Virus record (IMG/VR): IMGVR_UViG_3300038455_000058
Coordinates: 1-59,340 of that record
Strand: one strand, 5' to 3'
Length of the DNA: 59,340 nt
Source of the DNA: a virus
Lineage: Duplodnaviria; Caudoviricetes
Below are positions 28,374 to 38,893 of this stretch, piece after piece. Numbering within the stretch: the first letter of the stretch is position 1; each line of letters opens with the position of its first letter. The notes below the pieces were generated by a model. That model did not search any database and was not told where the DNA came from. It saw only the letters and a program-made list of their open reading frames with translations. Made by a program: the position numbers and the translations under genes.

Positions 28374-28976
28374 CATGAAACACCCGAACCTGGAGTCCAT
28401 GCTCTACGAGCTGTGCTTCCTGTCCGCAGTCAACATCATTCGAACAGATGGCGGGAAGTTCATGTGCGTGTGGTGGGATGAGAAGCACGGCGTTATCCAT
28501 ACGCGATACGGCGATACGGCGACTGAGGCGGTGGGCGGCGTTTGGGTGGCCCATCACGAGCACCCATTCGACCATGGTGGCTGGTTGTGATGGCCGCGCT
28601 CTTCCGCCGCATCTCCGACAACGCCCGAGCACGGCTCGTTGGCATCGACGAATCCGACGCGTGGCCGCCGGCTAATCGTAGGCTGGAACTCGAGGGCGAG
28701 GATGGGGTGAGGTATTTGGTTTCCGATTGGGCGTTCGTTTCTGGATGGGAGAGAGCTGACGAGGATTTGGAGGACGCATGAGCACCCTGATGTTCATTCT
28801 CCGCCACCCAATCATGGCGTGGCGCGCTATCAGAGCCGCCAAGAGGGAGCTGGACGAACTGGAGGACTTCCTCGGCCGCAACCCATTCGGCAACGTGAGA
28901 GTGATTAGGTTGGTGCCGCCGGTGGAGATGGCGGAGCAGCCACCGCAGCCCAAGCACAAGTACGAGGTCAACTGAC

Positions 28977-29213
28977 ATGAAAGCACGCTGGGTATCTGTA
29001 GCTCTAGGGTGCCTGGCTGGCGCTGCGATGGGTGCATCGTGCATGCTCGTGGTTGACGTGGACGCCGAGGTGAATGTGGAAGGGACACACGTTTGCGAAG
29101 CACTGGACGGTTCGGTGCCAGAGGACGCGCCATCGTGCGGACCTGACACGCCGTGCACCGAGCTGGGATCCGCATGTGTTTGCCAGGTATGTGTCAAGAT
29201 CGGTGGATTGTAA
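28977..29213 (+). CDS. Small secreted/lipoprotein-like Cys-rich protein
   Basis: Hydrophobic N-terminus, Cys-rich C-terminus. Confidence 0.45.
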   Translation: MKARWVSVALGCLAGAAMGASCMLVVDVDAEVNVEGTHVCEALDGSVPEDAPSCGPDTPCTELGSACVCQVCVKIGGL

Positions 29214-29945
29214 ATGCCGTGCGTAAGGTTCAGATTTGTTATGAGTGGGCGTGGAATCACGTGTGTGGCAGACATGAGTGTGAGCGTTGGGGATCAGTAC
29301 GTAAACGGCAGTGGTGACGTGCTCACCGTCAGGAAGATTGCGGGTGGCGTCGTGTTCTTCACCGATCCGCACATCTGTCCGCCGATGCTCGAAGAGGAGA
29401 TTGACATGCTGTGCACAAGCGGTGTGTGGCGCAAGACGCTGGCGATGGCAGTGGTGAAGTTGCCGCCGAAGTGTACGCGGTGCGGCACCATGAATGAATT
29501 CAGAGACGGGCCATACACATGCTGGGCTTGCAGAGAGGGGGCGAACACGTGAAGGCACCCGGACCGAAGAAGAGGGCGGAGAGGTTGGTGGGGTGGTCTA
29601 TGCTGTACAGCCCGGTGCTCCACATCGGTGGCGTGGCCGTATACACTGGCGATGACGTGCCCAGTGAAGTGGTTGGTGAAGTGGTTGGTGATGTGCGCGC
29701 CGAGCTCACCAAAGAATTCCGCGCCTGCCGCCGCGCCGCACTCACGCGGGCGATGCGCCTATGCCAACAGGAGACCATGCACCGTTCTCCGGAGTTCAAT
29801 GATGGGATCGGTGTGTGTCTGGACATTCTGTCGGACCTGATTGGAGAGTACAAGTGATTCACTGGATCCTGTTGGTGTTGTGCGCGATTGGTGTGGCCTA
29901 CTGCTGGTGGAGTGTGTGGCACTTCGTCAATACGGCGGAGAAGAA

Positions 29946-30281
29946 ATGACGCCAGTCCAAGCACTCACCGCCGCGCGCAAGATCGTTGCAAACCACAAGA
30001 CGTGGACCCAGCGATGCCGAGCCAGGGACGCAAGGGGTGATGCTTGCCCAACACTGGCGCCGTTTGCAGCAAGATGGTGTCCAGAGGGAGCCGTGATCAA
30101 GGTGACTATCGCAACGTGGAGTGAGGCCAACAATGACGTGTGCACGGCTGCGATCGATGCGCTTGACGGGGCCGCCATGGAATTGTTTGGCTACTCGATC
30201 ACGTCCATCAACGACAGCGAGGGTGGCCGTGAGAGGGCGCTGAGGTGCTTTGACCTGGCGCTTGAGAGGGCTGGGGGATGA
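29946..30281 (+). CDS. Conserved phage protein (DUF6197-like)
   Basis: W.Q...ARD..G...WC..GA...ND...FD.A. Confidence 0.55.
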   Translation: MTPVQALTAARKIVANHKTWTQRCRARDARGDACPTLAPFAARWCPEGAVIKVTIATWSEANNDVCTAAIDALDGAAMELFGYSITSINDSEGGRERALRCFDLALERAGG

Positions 30282-30571
30282 AGGCTAGCGACATCTCTGA
30301 TCGTGACGTGCTGGAATTCCTCGCCGGTCATCAGGGTCACTGGTCCACATGGGGCGTTGGCTACAGCATCATGCCCACGGTGCAAGATGCGATGCCGCTG
30401 GGCACGCCCGAAAAGGTCCAGCTGGCCAAGATGAGGCAGCTGCATAAGCGCGGCTTCGTTGGCGGGTGCACGTGCGGATGCCGCGGTGATTGGGAGATCA
30501 CAGACAAGGGGCTGGCGTTTATAGGGCGCGAGAGAACGGTGCGGTACAATGGTTATGGTGAGGTTGAATGA
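30278..30571 (+). CDS. Winged-helix-like phage protein
   Basis: LAKMR.L..RG.V.GC.CGCRGD.EIT.KG. Confidence 0.6.
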   Translation: MKASDISDRDVLEFLAGHQGHWSTWGVGYSIMPTVQDAMPLGTPEKVQLAKMRQLHKRGFVGGCTCGCRGDWEITDKGLAFIGRERTVRYNGYGEVE

Positions 30572-30829
30572 TCCACGCTGACCCCTACTTCGGACTCGGC
30601 ATGGGCTACTCTCCGGTTGCCACGGAGGAGTGGGATGGGCCGGCGACGCAGAGGCAAGCGGTGGTGCAGCTGAAAGCGCCGGTGTGTCCACAGCGCGGAT
30701 GTGGACGTGAGGGTGTGAAGGCTAGGAAGCTAGAGCGCAATGAGACGGATGCGTGGCTATGCGATCGGTGTTGGATTTGGCTCGTGAGGCCGCAAAGCAC
30801 GAAGCCATAGCGTGGTTAGCCTATGTGGT

Positions 30830-31507
30830 GTGGTGAGCGGACGGGAGCCGCTCGAGATCATGGGTAAGAGTGCTGAGAGTAAAAAGCCGCGTGCCGAGCT
30901 GGCACTCGTTCACGCGAGTCTGCTTAGTGGCGTTCAAGAAGCGGAGCTGATCGAATACCTGAATTGGTCGGATGCGTCGGCTGGGCTCAAGAGTGCGCTT
31001 GGCATCCACCTGGACCGCATGCGAGACGGCGTGCATCAAGTCGCGTTCCCGAAGGACCCCGAGGATGGCATCATCCGCCGGCTGGACATGATTGCTAGGC
31101 ACAGGGTCATCCATCGCGCCATGGGCATGATCGGGTACCACGCACGGACGTTGACCCAAGCCTATACGCTGGCACTCAAGCCGATCTACGTGGTCCGCGC
31201 TTACGGGCACTGGCACTCGGGTGTGGCGTTGGCGGTGTGCGATGACCTCGAGGCGCTGGTGATTGCGTGCCGCGATGTGCAGCTCGGCGATCCGGAGCAA
31301 AGGAAGGCGGCCAAAGCGCTGATTCACAGGCTAAGGGTGAAGGTGTGCAAGCTGTTCAACGATGCGGTAAAAGCCTATCTGGTAGCGATTCAGGAGGCCA
31401 GGGCGCAGCTGGTGAAGCCAGTGGAGCCCAGACCGGTGAAGAGGCTGGAGCATATCTGCAGGGTGGGGAGTCCGATCCACAAGTGTCCATGTGGGGGTGA
31501 GGTGTGA
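30830..31507 (+). CDS. Helical protein at Q-like position (possible late regulator)
   Basis: Position at end of middle arm; GTGGT-TAGCCT-7-GTG promoter; function inferred from position only. Confidence 0.5.
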   Translation: MVSGREPLEIMGKSAESKKPRAELALVHASLLSGVQEAELIEYLNWSDASAGLKSALGIHLDRMRDGVHQVAFPKDPEDGIIRRLDMIARHRVIHRAMGMIGYHARTLTQAYTLALKPIYVVRAYGHWHSGVALAVCDDLEALVIACRDVQLGDPEQRKAAKALIHRLRVKVCKLFNDAVKAYLVAIQEARAQLVKPVEPRPVKRLEHICRVGSPIHKCPCGGEV

Positions 31508-31968
31508 AGATCTGTATCGACTGCGGCGAGACCAAGGAGCGGGGCGAGTTTACGCGCCACTCAGCCGAGGTGGACGGACTGCGCTCCAGCTGCCGCCCAT
31601 GCTGGCGCGCCAGGGTGCGAGCATGGATCTCAAACAACCCAATACCGCACGCATTGGGTAGGTGTAGGAGGCGCGCCAATGTGGGAGGCTTTCCGTGCAC
31701 AATCACCCTGGCCGATCTCGTTCCAATGCCCGATGCGTGTCCAGTGCCTGGGTGTGGCGTGCGCTTAGCCCGCGGCGTTGGCAAGAACGCCCCGAGTAGC
31801 CCTAGCGTGGATAGAATCATACCAGACCTAGGCTACATTCCAGGCAATGTCGTGTGGATGTGCCACGCCTGCAACTGGAAAAAAAACAACGCCTCTGCAG
31901 AGCAGCACGAGTATTTCGCATGTATCATGCGAGACGCAGCCACGCGAATGCGCGAGGGCGCGGCGTAG
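31504..31968 (+). CDS. HNH-like endonuclease
   Basis: CIDC...F...CRPC; SPSVDRIIPDLGYIPGNVVWMCHACN. Confidence 0.8.
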   Translation: MKICIDCGETKERGEFTRHSAEVDGLRSSCRPCWRARVRAWISNNPIPHALGRCRRRANVGGFPCTITLADLVPMPDACPVPGCGVRLARGVGKNAPSSPSVDRIIPDLGYIPGNVVWMCHACNWKKNNASAEQHEYFACIMRDAATRMREGAA

Positions 31969-31970
31969 CC

Positions 31971-32177
31971 ATGGGTGCCTTCGCCATCAAGGCCCACTAC
32001 ACCGTCAGGGAGGTGGCGGAGATACTGGGCGTGCACAATCACACGGTGTATAGGTACATCAAGAAGGGGAAGCTGGACGCTGAGAGACTCGGGCGCCGGT
32101 ACATAATCCCACTGTCCAGTCTCTACATGACCGCATCGCTCATTGACAGCATGCAGCTGATGGGCTCTCTTGAGTGA
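31971..32177 (+). CDS. Excisionase/BldC-like HTH DNA-binding protein
   Basis: YTVREVAEILGVHNHTVYRYIKKGKLDAERLGRRYIIP. Confidence 0.85.
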   Translation: MGAFAIKAHYTVREVAEILGVHNHTVYRYIKKGKLDAERLGRRYIIPLSSLYMTASLIDSMQLMGSLE

Positions 32178-32180
32178 CGA

Positions 32181-32230
32181 TACGTTAGCACACGTGAGCA
32201 TATGTTAGCAATCGACGGGGCGGATAGGGT
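32181..32230 (+). promoter_or_regulatory. Three 10-bp direct repeats plus -10-like hexamer (putative late promoter)
   Basis: TACGTTAGCA CACGTGAGCA TATGTTAGCA, then TAGGGT at 32225. Confidence 0.5.
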
Positions 32231-32785
32231 AGGCGTGCGCGAAGCCAAAGGCTTTCCGGAAGCGACGCCCCAGCCCCAGGACCCACACGCGACAGCGATG
32301 GCGAGGGCTAAGTTTTGAGCAAGATTCTGGTCCATTCTGACGTCACAGATTGCCTGCCGGATGCGCATCTGCTGGCATTCGAAGACGTATACTGTGATAC
32401 TTGCGGCGCGATGCTACACGCGCTGAACAATGAGTGTATGCAGACGTGGGTTGAGTGTGAGCGGCAGAATCTGTGCGCTGGTTGCTACGGGCCACACCGT
32501 TCGTCGTTCAAGCGGGCGTTGGCACTGGAAGTGAAGGGCCAGTGAAACGCCGCCTCTTCCTCGCATCCCTCGGGCTGGCAGCCACCGAGCCGTATGTCCT
32601 CCGGGCGTACAGCTTTCTGTGGGCGCCGGTGCTCGTGCCCGGTTGTTACCGGTTCATCAGCAAGCCGAACGAGATTGTGTTCGACTCACCAGATGGCCGC
32701 CTGTTTTTGAAGCCAGGATCGTTCGAGTTCACCAACCCGAACTATAGGCTCATAAGTGGAGACGGACTCCACGTAGAAAGACTTA

Positions 32786-32990
32786 GCTGGTGCTAGCGCC
32801 AGCGAAGCGGACCGGGGTTGATCACCCGGGTCGTTACTGAGCAGTATGGCAGCAGCCGGTTAGCTGGCTGCACCGCCTTCCCGGGGGACACGCGGGTGCC
32901 GTTTGGCATGTGCGTGCCGCAGGTTCGACTCCTGCGGGGTGGGCGGCTCAGCCCTGGATCGTGGGCTGCTAAGGAGGCTCGCGCCGAGCC
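32786..32990 (+). ncRNA. Multi-hairpin structured RNA with tRNA-like T-arm/acceptor
   Basis: About 7 consecutive hairpins incl. GCAGG-TTCGACT-CCTGC; CCGCCTT/GGGGTGG acceptor-like helix. Confidence 0.4.
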
Positions 32991-33622
32991 CGGCAAGTAC
33001 ATGCGGTGGGATGAGCGTGGTTATGGTGGGTGAGATGAACGACCCTAGACCCATCTGCCGATACTGCTCGCGCCGCTGGCTACCGCCGGCTGGCGTTGAC
33101 GCAAACAAGAGCTTCTGCCGCCGATGTGCCCCCGAGCGCAGGGCACACGCCGAGGCCGCAATCAAAGCGTCTGGCAGGGTTCCAGTCCAGATTGGTGGCT
33201 ACGTGCTCTGGGTGCCCAAGTGAACACCACCGACGACATCATCGCAGCAGCCGAGAAGCGGTTGGCTGAGCTGGACGCTGAGGCTACGAAGCTTCGGCGA
33301 ATGATTGCGGCGGCTAAGGGTGAGGTGTTGGCGCCGACGGTGAATCAGCCGCCGTACATGCCGATACCTATGCCATTTCCTGTGCCAGGGGTGCCAATGA
33401 TCGAGCCATGGAAGCCAATCGGCTGGCAGTTCATGCCGGAAGTTTGGTGCGGCACAACTTGATCCGTGAGCGCTACACCTGAGCAGTTGGGGCGCTGGTC
33501 TAGACCAGGAGAGCGCCGATTCCACAAGCGCTATACTTCGCGCGCTAGACGCAGAAAGCTCAAGCAGTTGTGGCGTGAGGCACCACAGTACAACCGCTAT
33601 TCTGGGTACGTGGATTGAACCC

Positions 33623-33838
33623 ATGACCAAGCTCTACAAGCTCCACGTCCGCCTCACCGAGGACGAGCGCGTCAAGCTGGACATCCTGGCAGCCGCTAGG
33701 GATTGCTCGCCCGCTGAGGTGCTTTGCGAGGCGCTTGAGCTGCTGTGGGACCTCGCCTCCGAGTGTCCGGACTGCGACGAGATTGACGCCGCGTGGAGCT
33801 CGGACGAGCATGGCGGATGGCAGGGAGCGCCTAGTTGA
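33623..33838 (+). CDS. RHH DNA-binding protein
   Basis: KLHVRLTEDERVKLDILAAA...AEVL.EAL. Confidence 0.65.
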   Translation: MTKLYKLHVRLTEDERVKLDILAAARDCSPAEVLCEALELLWDLASECPDCDEIDAAWSSDEHGGWQGAPS

Positions 33839-34232
33839 TGGGTGCCGCTAAGAGGTTCCGCGCCGAGCACTGCCCCATCAAGGGGCACACGCGTATCTAC
33901 TTCCCGGCGCTCGACATGTTCGCATGCAAAGAGTGCGATGCGTGGCTGTCTGATAGGTGCGGCTGCCCACCAAGCGCATGCGAGTTTGCGGCGCAAAGGG
34001 TCCCACGCGATCCCAGCATGGCGAAGCACCGATACGAGGTGATGCCGTGAGAAAACGCCTTCGCCACGGCGGCCGCCGCGCATCGCAGCGTCAGCGCTCA
34101 GTGTGCCAGCACCCACCGCGTGAAGACGCGCCGATGTGCTACTCCGTGAAGAACGGGAAGCGGTGGATCGTGCGGCACAAGCCGTACGAAGAGTTCGGCG
34201 ACGATAATCAGGTTCAACACACCGAGTAACCA

Positions 34233-34385
34233 ATGCCCCTCAAGTCCGGCTCGAGCAACAAGACCGTCAGTGCCAACATCCGCGAGCTCCGCAACACCGG
34301 CAGGCCGCAGAAGCAAGCCGTGGCCATCGCACTCTCGAAGGCTGGCAAGAGCAACAAGCCCAAGGGTGGCGGCGGCAAGAAGTAG
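34233..34385 (+). CDS. Conserved small basic phage protein upstream of terminase
   Basis: [37 protein letters not shown] (50 aa, below ORF-track cutoff). Confidence 0.8.
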   Translation: MPLKSGSSNKTVSANIRELRNTGRPQKQAVAIALSKAGKSNKPKGGGGKK

Positions 34386-34397
34386 GGACGGTGGCCC

Positions 34398-34748
34398 TTG
34401 GCGGGCCGCGTAGGTAAGAGAGAACTAGTCGAGATAGCTCGGGAGATGGGGCTGAAGCGCTTCGAGCGCTTTGCCCGCTACGCCGAGAGACGGCTAGTTG
34501 AGAGCGTGAGGGACTGCGGCGATGACAGTCCGCGGTCTAAGGCAGAGACCACGAGGGCGGCCGTTGACGGCTACTCGAGGCTGGCTGGCATCGGCAAGAC
34601 CGTGTACGAGGCCGAGCTGGTGGCCGAGCGGCTCCGCGAGCTGTTTTCGGGAGAGACTAAGGCGCCGCCTCCCAAGATCGAAATAGTGCTTGAGGATCAA
34701 GCTGAACAAGCCGGAGACGAAGGCCCTCCGGAACATTCTGACGAGTGA
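34398..34748 (+). CDS. Putative terminase small subunit
   Basis: Position before TerL; PPKIEIV C-terminal strand. Confidence 0.5.
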   Translation: MAGRVGKRELVEIAREMGLKRFERFARYAERRLVESVRDCGDDSPRSKAETTRAAVDGYSRLAGIGKTVYEAELVAERLRELFSGETKAPPPKIEIVLEDQAEQAGDEGPPEHSDE

Positions 34749-35961
34749 CGGTGAGATAGAGCGCGAGCGCGTTCATGTCTTGCCGTGGGGCCGCGGCGTC
34801 GGTAAAAGCTGGTTTATCAGGCTGCTGTGGTGGCTCCTGATATCCCGCTGGGATGGGAGGATTAGGCCTGGAGCCAGGTCTCCTGGCATTCGGATAGTGG
34901 TCGCGATGCCGTCTTACAGACAGGCAAAGGCGGTGCACTTCCGCGAGATCCTGACCGAGCTGTACGGCGAGTGGAAGCACCTTGGCGGCACGCTGAATAG
35001 GTCCACGCTTGAGATATCGTTCCCGGGCGGCTCCTCGATTCGCTGGGTGACTGCCGAGAATCCCGTGGGCGCACGCGGATTGCGGTGCGACGTGGCGTTC
35101 TTCGACGAGGCGGACGACATCCCCATCGATATGTACGATGCGGTGTGCGTCCCGTGGTTTACCGAGCCGCATTCGTTCAACGTACGCGTGCTTTGCGGCA
35201 CGCCGATGCGCGGGCGTGGTGGCCTGCTATACCGCGAGTACGACGCTGCCAAACGCGGTGTGGATGGGTACTACGCCGTCCATGCTACGTATCTAGACGC
35301 GCCTAGCCACGCCAACATCGAGCGGGCTGAGCGGGCTCGAGAAAACATGCCGGATGCATGGTTCCGGCGCGAGTACCTGTGCGACTTCGACGCGGCGGAG
35401 GGGCTCGTTTACCCCGAGTTCAGCCGCGAGAAGCACATCGTTCCTTGGGACAAGTCCAAGCGTCCCAACGAGTGGATCTGCGGCGCGGACTTTGGTAGCG
35501 GCGTCCCGTCCTGCTACCTCGCGATCGCATATGATGGCGTGAAGTGCCACGTCGTACGCGAGGTCTACAAGGCCGGTATGCGCGACGAGGAGCTGGCGTC
35601 GATTGCCCGCACCTGGTCCAACGACTTTCCGCGCGCGAAGTGGTATGCGGACTACGCGTGGCCGAATACGATGGACTATGTACGCCGCCACGGTGGCATA
35701 AACATGGTCAACGCCGACAAGTCGGTTGAGGATGGGATCCTCACCGTTGGCTCATGGATTCACCGCGACAGGTTGCTGATTGACCCGTCGTGCAAGAACC
35801 TGATCGAAGAGATTCAGCAGTATCGCTGGACAACCGTCCGCAACCAGGACGGGCTGTTCAAGGACAAGCCGGACAAGAAAAAAGACCACGCCGTAGACGC
35901 CCTAAGATACGCGATATTCACGCGGTTCGGTAGGCCGCCGGCAATGCGCATCGAGCTGTGA
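34690..35961 (+). CDS. terL: Terminase large subunit
   Basis: GRGVGKS Walker A, FFDEAD Walker B, GTP, GADFG, DHAVDALRYA. Confidence 0.95.
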   Translation: MRIKLNKPETKALRNILTSDGEIERERVHVLPWGRGVGKSWFIRLLWWLLISRWDGRIRPGARSPGIRIVVAMPSYRQAKAVHFREILTELYGEWKHLGGTLNRSTLEISFPGGSSIRWVTAENPVGARGLRCDVAFFDEADDIPIDMYDAVCVPWFTEPHSFNVRVLCGTPMRGRGGLLYREYDAAKRGVDGYYAVHATYLDAPSHANIERAERARENMPDAWFRREYLCDFDAAEGLVYPEFSREKHIVPWDKSKRPNEWICGADFGSGVPSCYLAIAYDGVKCHVVREVYKAGMRDEELASIARTWSNDFPRAKWYADYAWPNTMDYVRRHGGINMVNADKSVEDGILTVGSWIHRDRLLIDPSCKNLIEEIQQYRWTTVRNQDGLFKDKPDKKKDHAVDALRYAIFTRFGRPPAMRIEL

Positions 35962-35975
35962 TTATATTCAATCAG

Positions 35976-36509
35976 ATGTGCCCAGTTGACGGTTGCGATC
36001 GTGTCGCTCGCGTCCGCGGTTTCTGCCACAAGCACTACTATGCAAAGCGGCGTTCCGGCGAGCTCCAGCTTATTTGTCGCCCTGTGAACTGTCTGGTTGA
36101 TGGATGCGAATCTAAGCCCAGGGGGCTAGGGTATTGCAGAAAGCACTATCAGAGGGTTAAGGTTCACGGAGATCCGAGCATCACACTTAGGGCGCCCCGT
36201 GGTGCCGGCAGAATAGACCCCTGTGGGTACAGGGAAGTATATCGCCCAGGTCATCCGAACGCAAATGTGTCTGGGTATGCCCGAGAACACAGGGTGGTGA
36301 TGTCAGAGGTGCTCGGCAGAGCCCTAATGGACCACGAAGTCGTCCATCACCTCAACGGCATAAGATCCGACAACCGACCAGAGAACCTAGAGCTTTGGAG
36401 CATCGGTCAACCTCCTGGGCAGAGGGTATCGGATAAGCTGGAGTGGGCCAGAGACTTCGTGATCCAGTATGGTAACGGGGTCGTGCATGACCACGACTAC
36501 GTTTGGTGA
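35976..36509 (+). CDS. HNH homing endonuclease between terL and portal
   Basis: Two C..DGC...G.C.KHY repeats; EHR.VM...VHHLNGIRSDNRPENLELW. Confidence 0.9.
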   Translation: MCPVDGCDRVARVRGFCHKHYYAKRRSGELQLICRPVNCLVDGCESKPRGLGYCRKHYQRVKVHGDPSITLRAPRGAGRIDPCGYREVYRPGHPNANVSGYAREHRVVMSEVLGRALMDHEVVHHLNGIRSDNRPENLELWSIGQPPGQRVSDKLEWARDFVIQYGNGVVHDHDYVW

Positions 36510-38299
36510 CCCAGTATCTCAACGAGGCCAGGGCGCGCCGTGCCCTGGCCAAAAACCTGTCTCCCAGGTTCCTGCGCCTCGACCGGCTAGAACGCTATGT
36601 CGTAGGCACCCAGTATGCTGGGCGTCAGCCGTTCTGGGATAGCGATACGCCAGTCTACGATCGCGCCCCGTGCGTTGTCTACCCCATCGTCCAGTCTGCC
36701 ATTCGCAGCAACGTGGACCTGTGCCTTGGTGACAACAGGTTCCCGCACCTGACATCGTTCGTTGACGAGGACGACACCGTTTTCGATGACGAACAGGGGC
36801 TGAGCGAGGACGATAGTGAGCTACTGGATCGGTGGCTTGAGGTGGCTGGTGACCAAGCGCGTCTCCAGTCCGTGTGCCGCGAGCTCCTGTCACAGGCGCA
36901 GTCGTGCGGCACGGCGGTAGCCATCTGCTCGATCCGCAACGGGCGGGTGCGCATCGACACGACGCGTGCGAAGTGGTGCACGCCGAAGTTCGATGCCTCG
37001 TTTCCTGACGAGGTTGAATCGCTCGAGATCCAGTACCCATATCTCCAGGAGTACTACGACGAGGTAGCGCAGCGGTGGGGCTTGCGCTGCATGCTCTATC
37101 GACGGCTCATCGACGAAGAGAGCGACGTCACGTTCTTCCCGATCGAGGCGGACGACACGGGACGCAAGCCAGCCGAGAGCAGCTGGAAGCGAGATGATTC
37201 GAAGAGTCTGGACCACGGCTTGGGCTTCTGTCCGGTGGTCTGGTACAAGCATCTTCCCGAGTGCACGACCGTTGACGAGATCGACGGCACCGCGATCCAC
37301 GTCCACCTGACGGACGAGATCGACGCGCTCAACGTGGCGCTGTCACAGAAGTACGTGGCCTCCCTTGTGGCCGCGTCTCCGCCCACGATCGAGATCGGGG
37401 TGGATGAGGACCACGAACCTGGTCAGCTTGGCCGGACGGCTCAGAGCCTGTGGCTCCCCACTAGCTACACCGACTGGGCTGCGATGCCGGCGGATGACCC
37501 CGCTAATCGGCAGTGGCAGTTCCAGGGAGGTGCACAGCGTCCGGCGCGGAAGCGCGGTCCTGGCATCGTCTGGCGCTATCCCAATCCTGACAGCAAGGTC
37601 GAGCAACTCGTTTTGCCGGGCGACGCACTCAAGACGATCGAGGAGGTCTGCCAGGACCTCCGCGCCAAGATCGCCGAGGCGCTCAGCGTGGTCTTCACAG
37701 ACCTGCAAACGCAGCGGAGCCAGCTCGATATCAGCGGCAGAGCCCTGCGAGAGCAGCATAAGCGGCAGATCGAGCGTTGCGACATCATCCGCGACGACTT
37801 CGGCGACAACCTGATTCTACGTCTCGTCGATATCATTGCGCGGCTGGTGCTCAAAACACCGGTCGAAAAGCTACGCATTCCTGGCGTTGCCAAGGTGCTT
37901 CCGCTACTCAAGCGGTTTATCGTCCAGGTAGAGGACGAGACTGGTGAGACTGGCGAGGAGTGGGCGCCGCCGAAGTTGGATCTCATGTGGGGCGAGTACT
38001 TTACGCCGAGCGAGATGGATCAGAAGGCCGTTGTTGACGGCACGATTGCAGCACTCAACGCCACGATCATCAGCAAACGGTCTGCGGTGCAACGCGTTGC
38101 TGATTACTATGACATCGGCAACGTGGACGAGTACCTAGACACACTCGAGGCCGAGGCGGAAGAGAAACAGCAGAAGGCGCTGGAGAACGCCGAGGCTATG
38201 GCCCAGATCCAGCCAGCCGGTGCGCCTCCTGGGCAGCCCAAGCCCAACGGCGCGGCGAAACCCATGGCGCCCAAGCCCAAGCCGGCGGTGGCATCGTGA
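36506..38299 (+). CDS. Portal protein
   Basis: Size and position after TerL; HGLGFCPVV, SG.AL motifs (SPP1-like). Confidence 0.85.
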   Translation: MTQYLNEARARRALAKNLSPRFLRLDRLERYVVGTQYAGRQPFWDSDTPVYDRAPCVVYPIVQSAIRSNVDLCLGDNRFPHLTSFVDEDDTVFDDEQGLSEDDSELLDRWLEVAGDQARLQSVCRELLSQAQSCGTAVAICSIRNGRVRIDTTRAKWCTPKFDASFPDEVESLEIQYPYLQEYYDEVAQRWGLRCMLYRRLIDEESDVTFFPIEADDTGRKPAESSWKRDDSKSLDHGLGFCPVVWYKHLPECTTVDEIDGTAIHVHLTDEIDALNVALSQKYVASLVAASPPTIEIGVDEDHEPGQLGRTAQSLWLPTSYTDWAAMPADDPANRQWQFQGGAQRPARKRGPGIVWRYPNPDSKVEQLVLPGDALKTIEEVCQDLRAKIAEALSVVFTDLQTQRSQLDISGRALREQHKRQIERCDIIRDDFGDNLILRLVDIIARLVLKTPVEKLRIPGVAKVLPLLKRFIVQVEDETGETGEEWAPPKLDLMWGEYFTPSEMDQKAVVDGTIAALNATIISKRSAVQRVADYYDIGNVDEYLDTLEAEAEEKQQKALENAEAMAQIQPAGAPPGQPKPNGAAKPMAPKPKPAVAS

Positions 38300-38709
38300 G
38301 GTGCACGGTCTGCAAGTACGAGGGGCACCCGGTCCAGGACCTGACGACCGTGGTGGTGCCCGAGACTGGGGCGCCGACCACCGTGCTCCAGGACGTCTGT
38401 CCTAGGTGCAAGGAGCCAATCTGGTCCGCACAGGCGCCGGACGCTCACGCAGCCAGCGAGAGCCACAAGGCGCTCCAGGCGGCTCCTAGGGCCCTCAGGA
38501 AGACATCTGGCGAGCGGAAGCCACGAGAACCCAAGGACGCGCTGACGCGGACCAGGGAGCGCCTGGCGGTGGTGGAGCGGAAGCTAGCCGCCATGCGGGG
38601 CCTCGAGGCTGAGGCGGCGATGCTGCGGCGGATGATCGTCGCGGCCGAGGGCGAGCAGCCCATCAAACAACCCAACGGATTCTGTAACCCACCCAACTGG
38701 ACGGCCTAG
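38296..38709 (+). CDS. Zn-ribbon plus coiled-coil protein
   Basis: CTVC...CPRC. Confidence 0.55.
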   Translation: MRCTVCKYEGHPVQDLTTVVVPETGAPTTVLQDVCPRCKEPIWSAQAPDAHAASESHKALQAAPRALRKTSGERKPREPKDALTRTRERLAVVERKLAAMRGLEAEAAMLRRMIVAAEGEQPIKQPNGFCNPPNWTA

Positions 38710-38893
38710 TGAAACTGTGCGGATGCTGCGGACACGAGTCCGATGATGCCACCTGCCAGAGGTGTGGCGAGGCCTCGTGGCTCGTGCGCCTCGACGCTGC
38801 CGGCGCCGCGAAGCTTGAGGTGCTTGCCGTGGTCACCGCATCCGATGATGCGGCAGAGCCTGCCGAAGTGGCGAAGCCGAAGCGGAGCCGCAA

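Noticed and set aside
29664-29691. GTGAAGTGGTTG tandem duplication
   Set aside because: Only two in-frame copies within a CDS; likely slippage
33466-33618. Hairpin-rich apparent intergenic RNA
   Set aside because: Reads as a plausible 50-aa basic ORF (MSATPEQLGR...YSGYVD)
36487-36509. Possible +1 frameshift from upstream ATG (MTTTTFGD) into portal
   Set aside because: In-frame GTG at 36506 overlaps the HNH stop (GTGA) and explains the start
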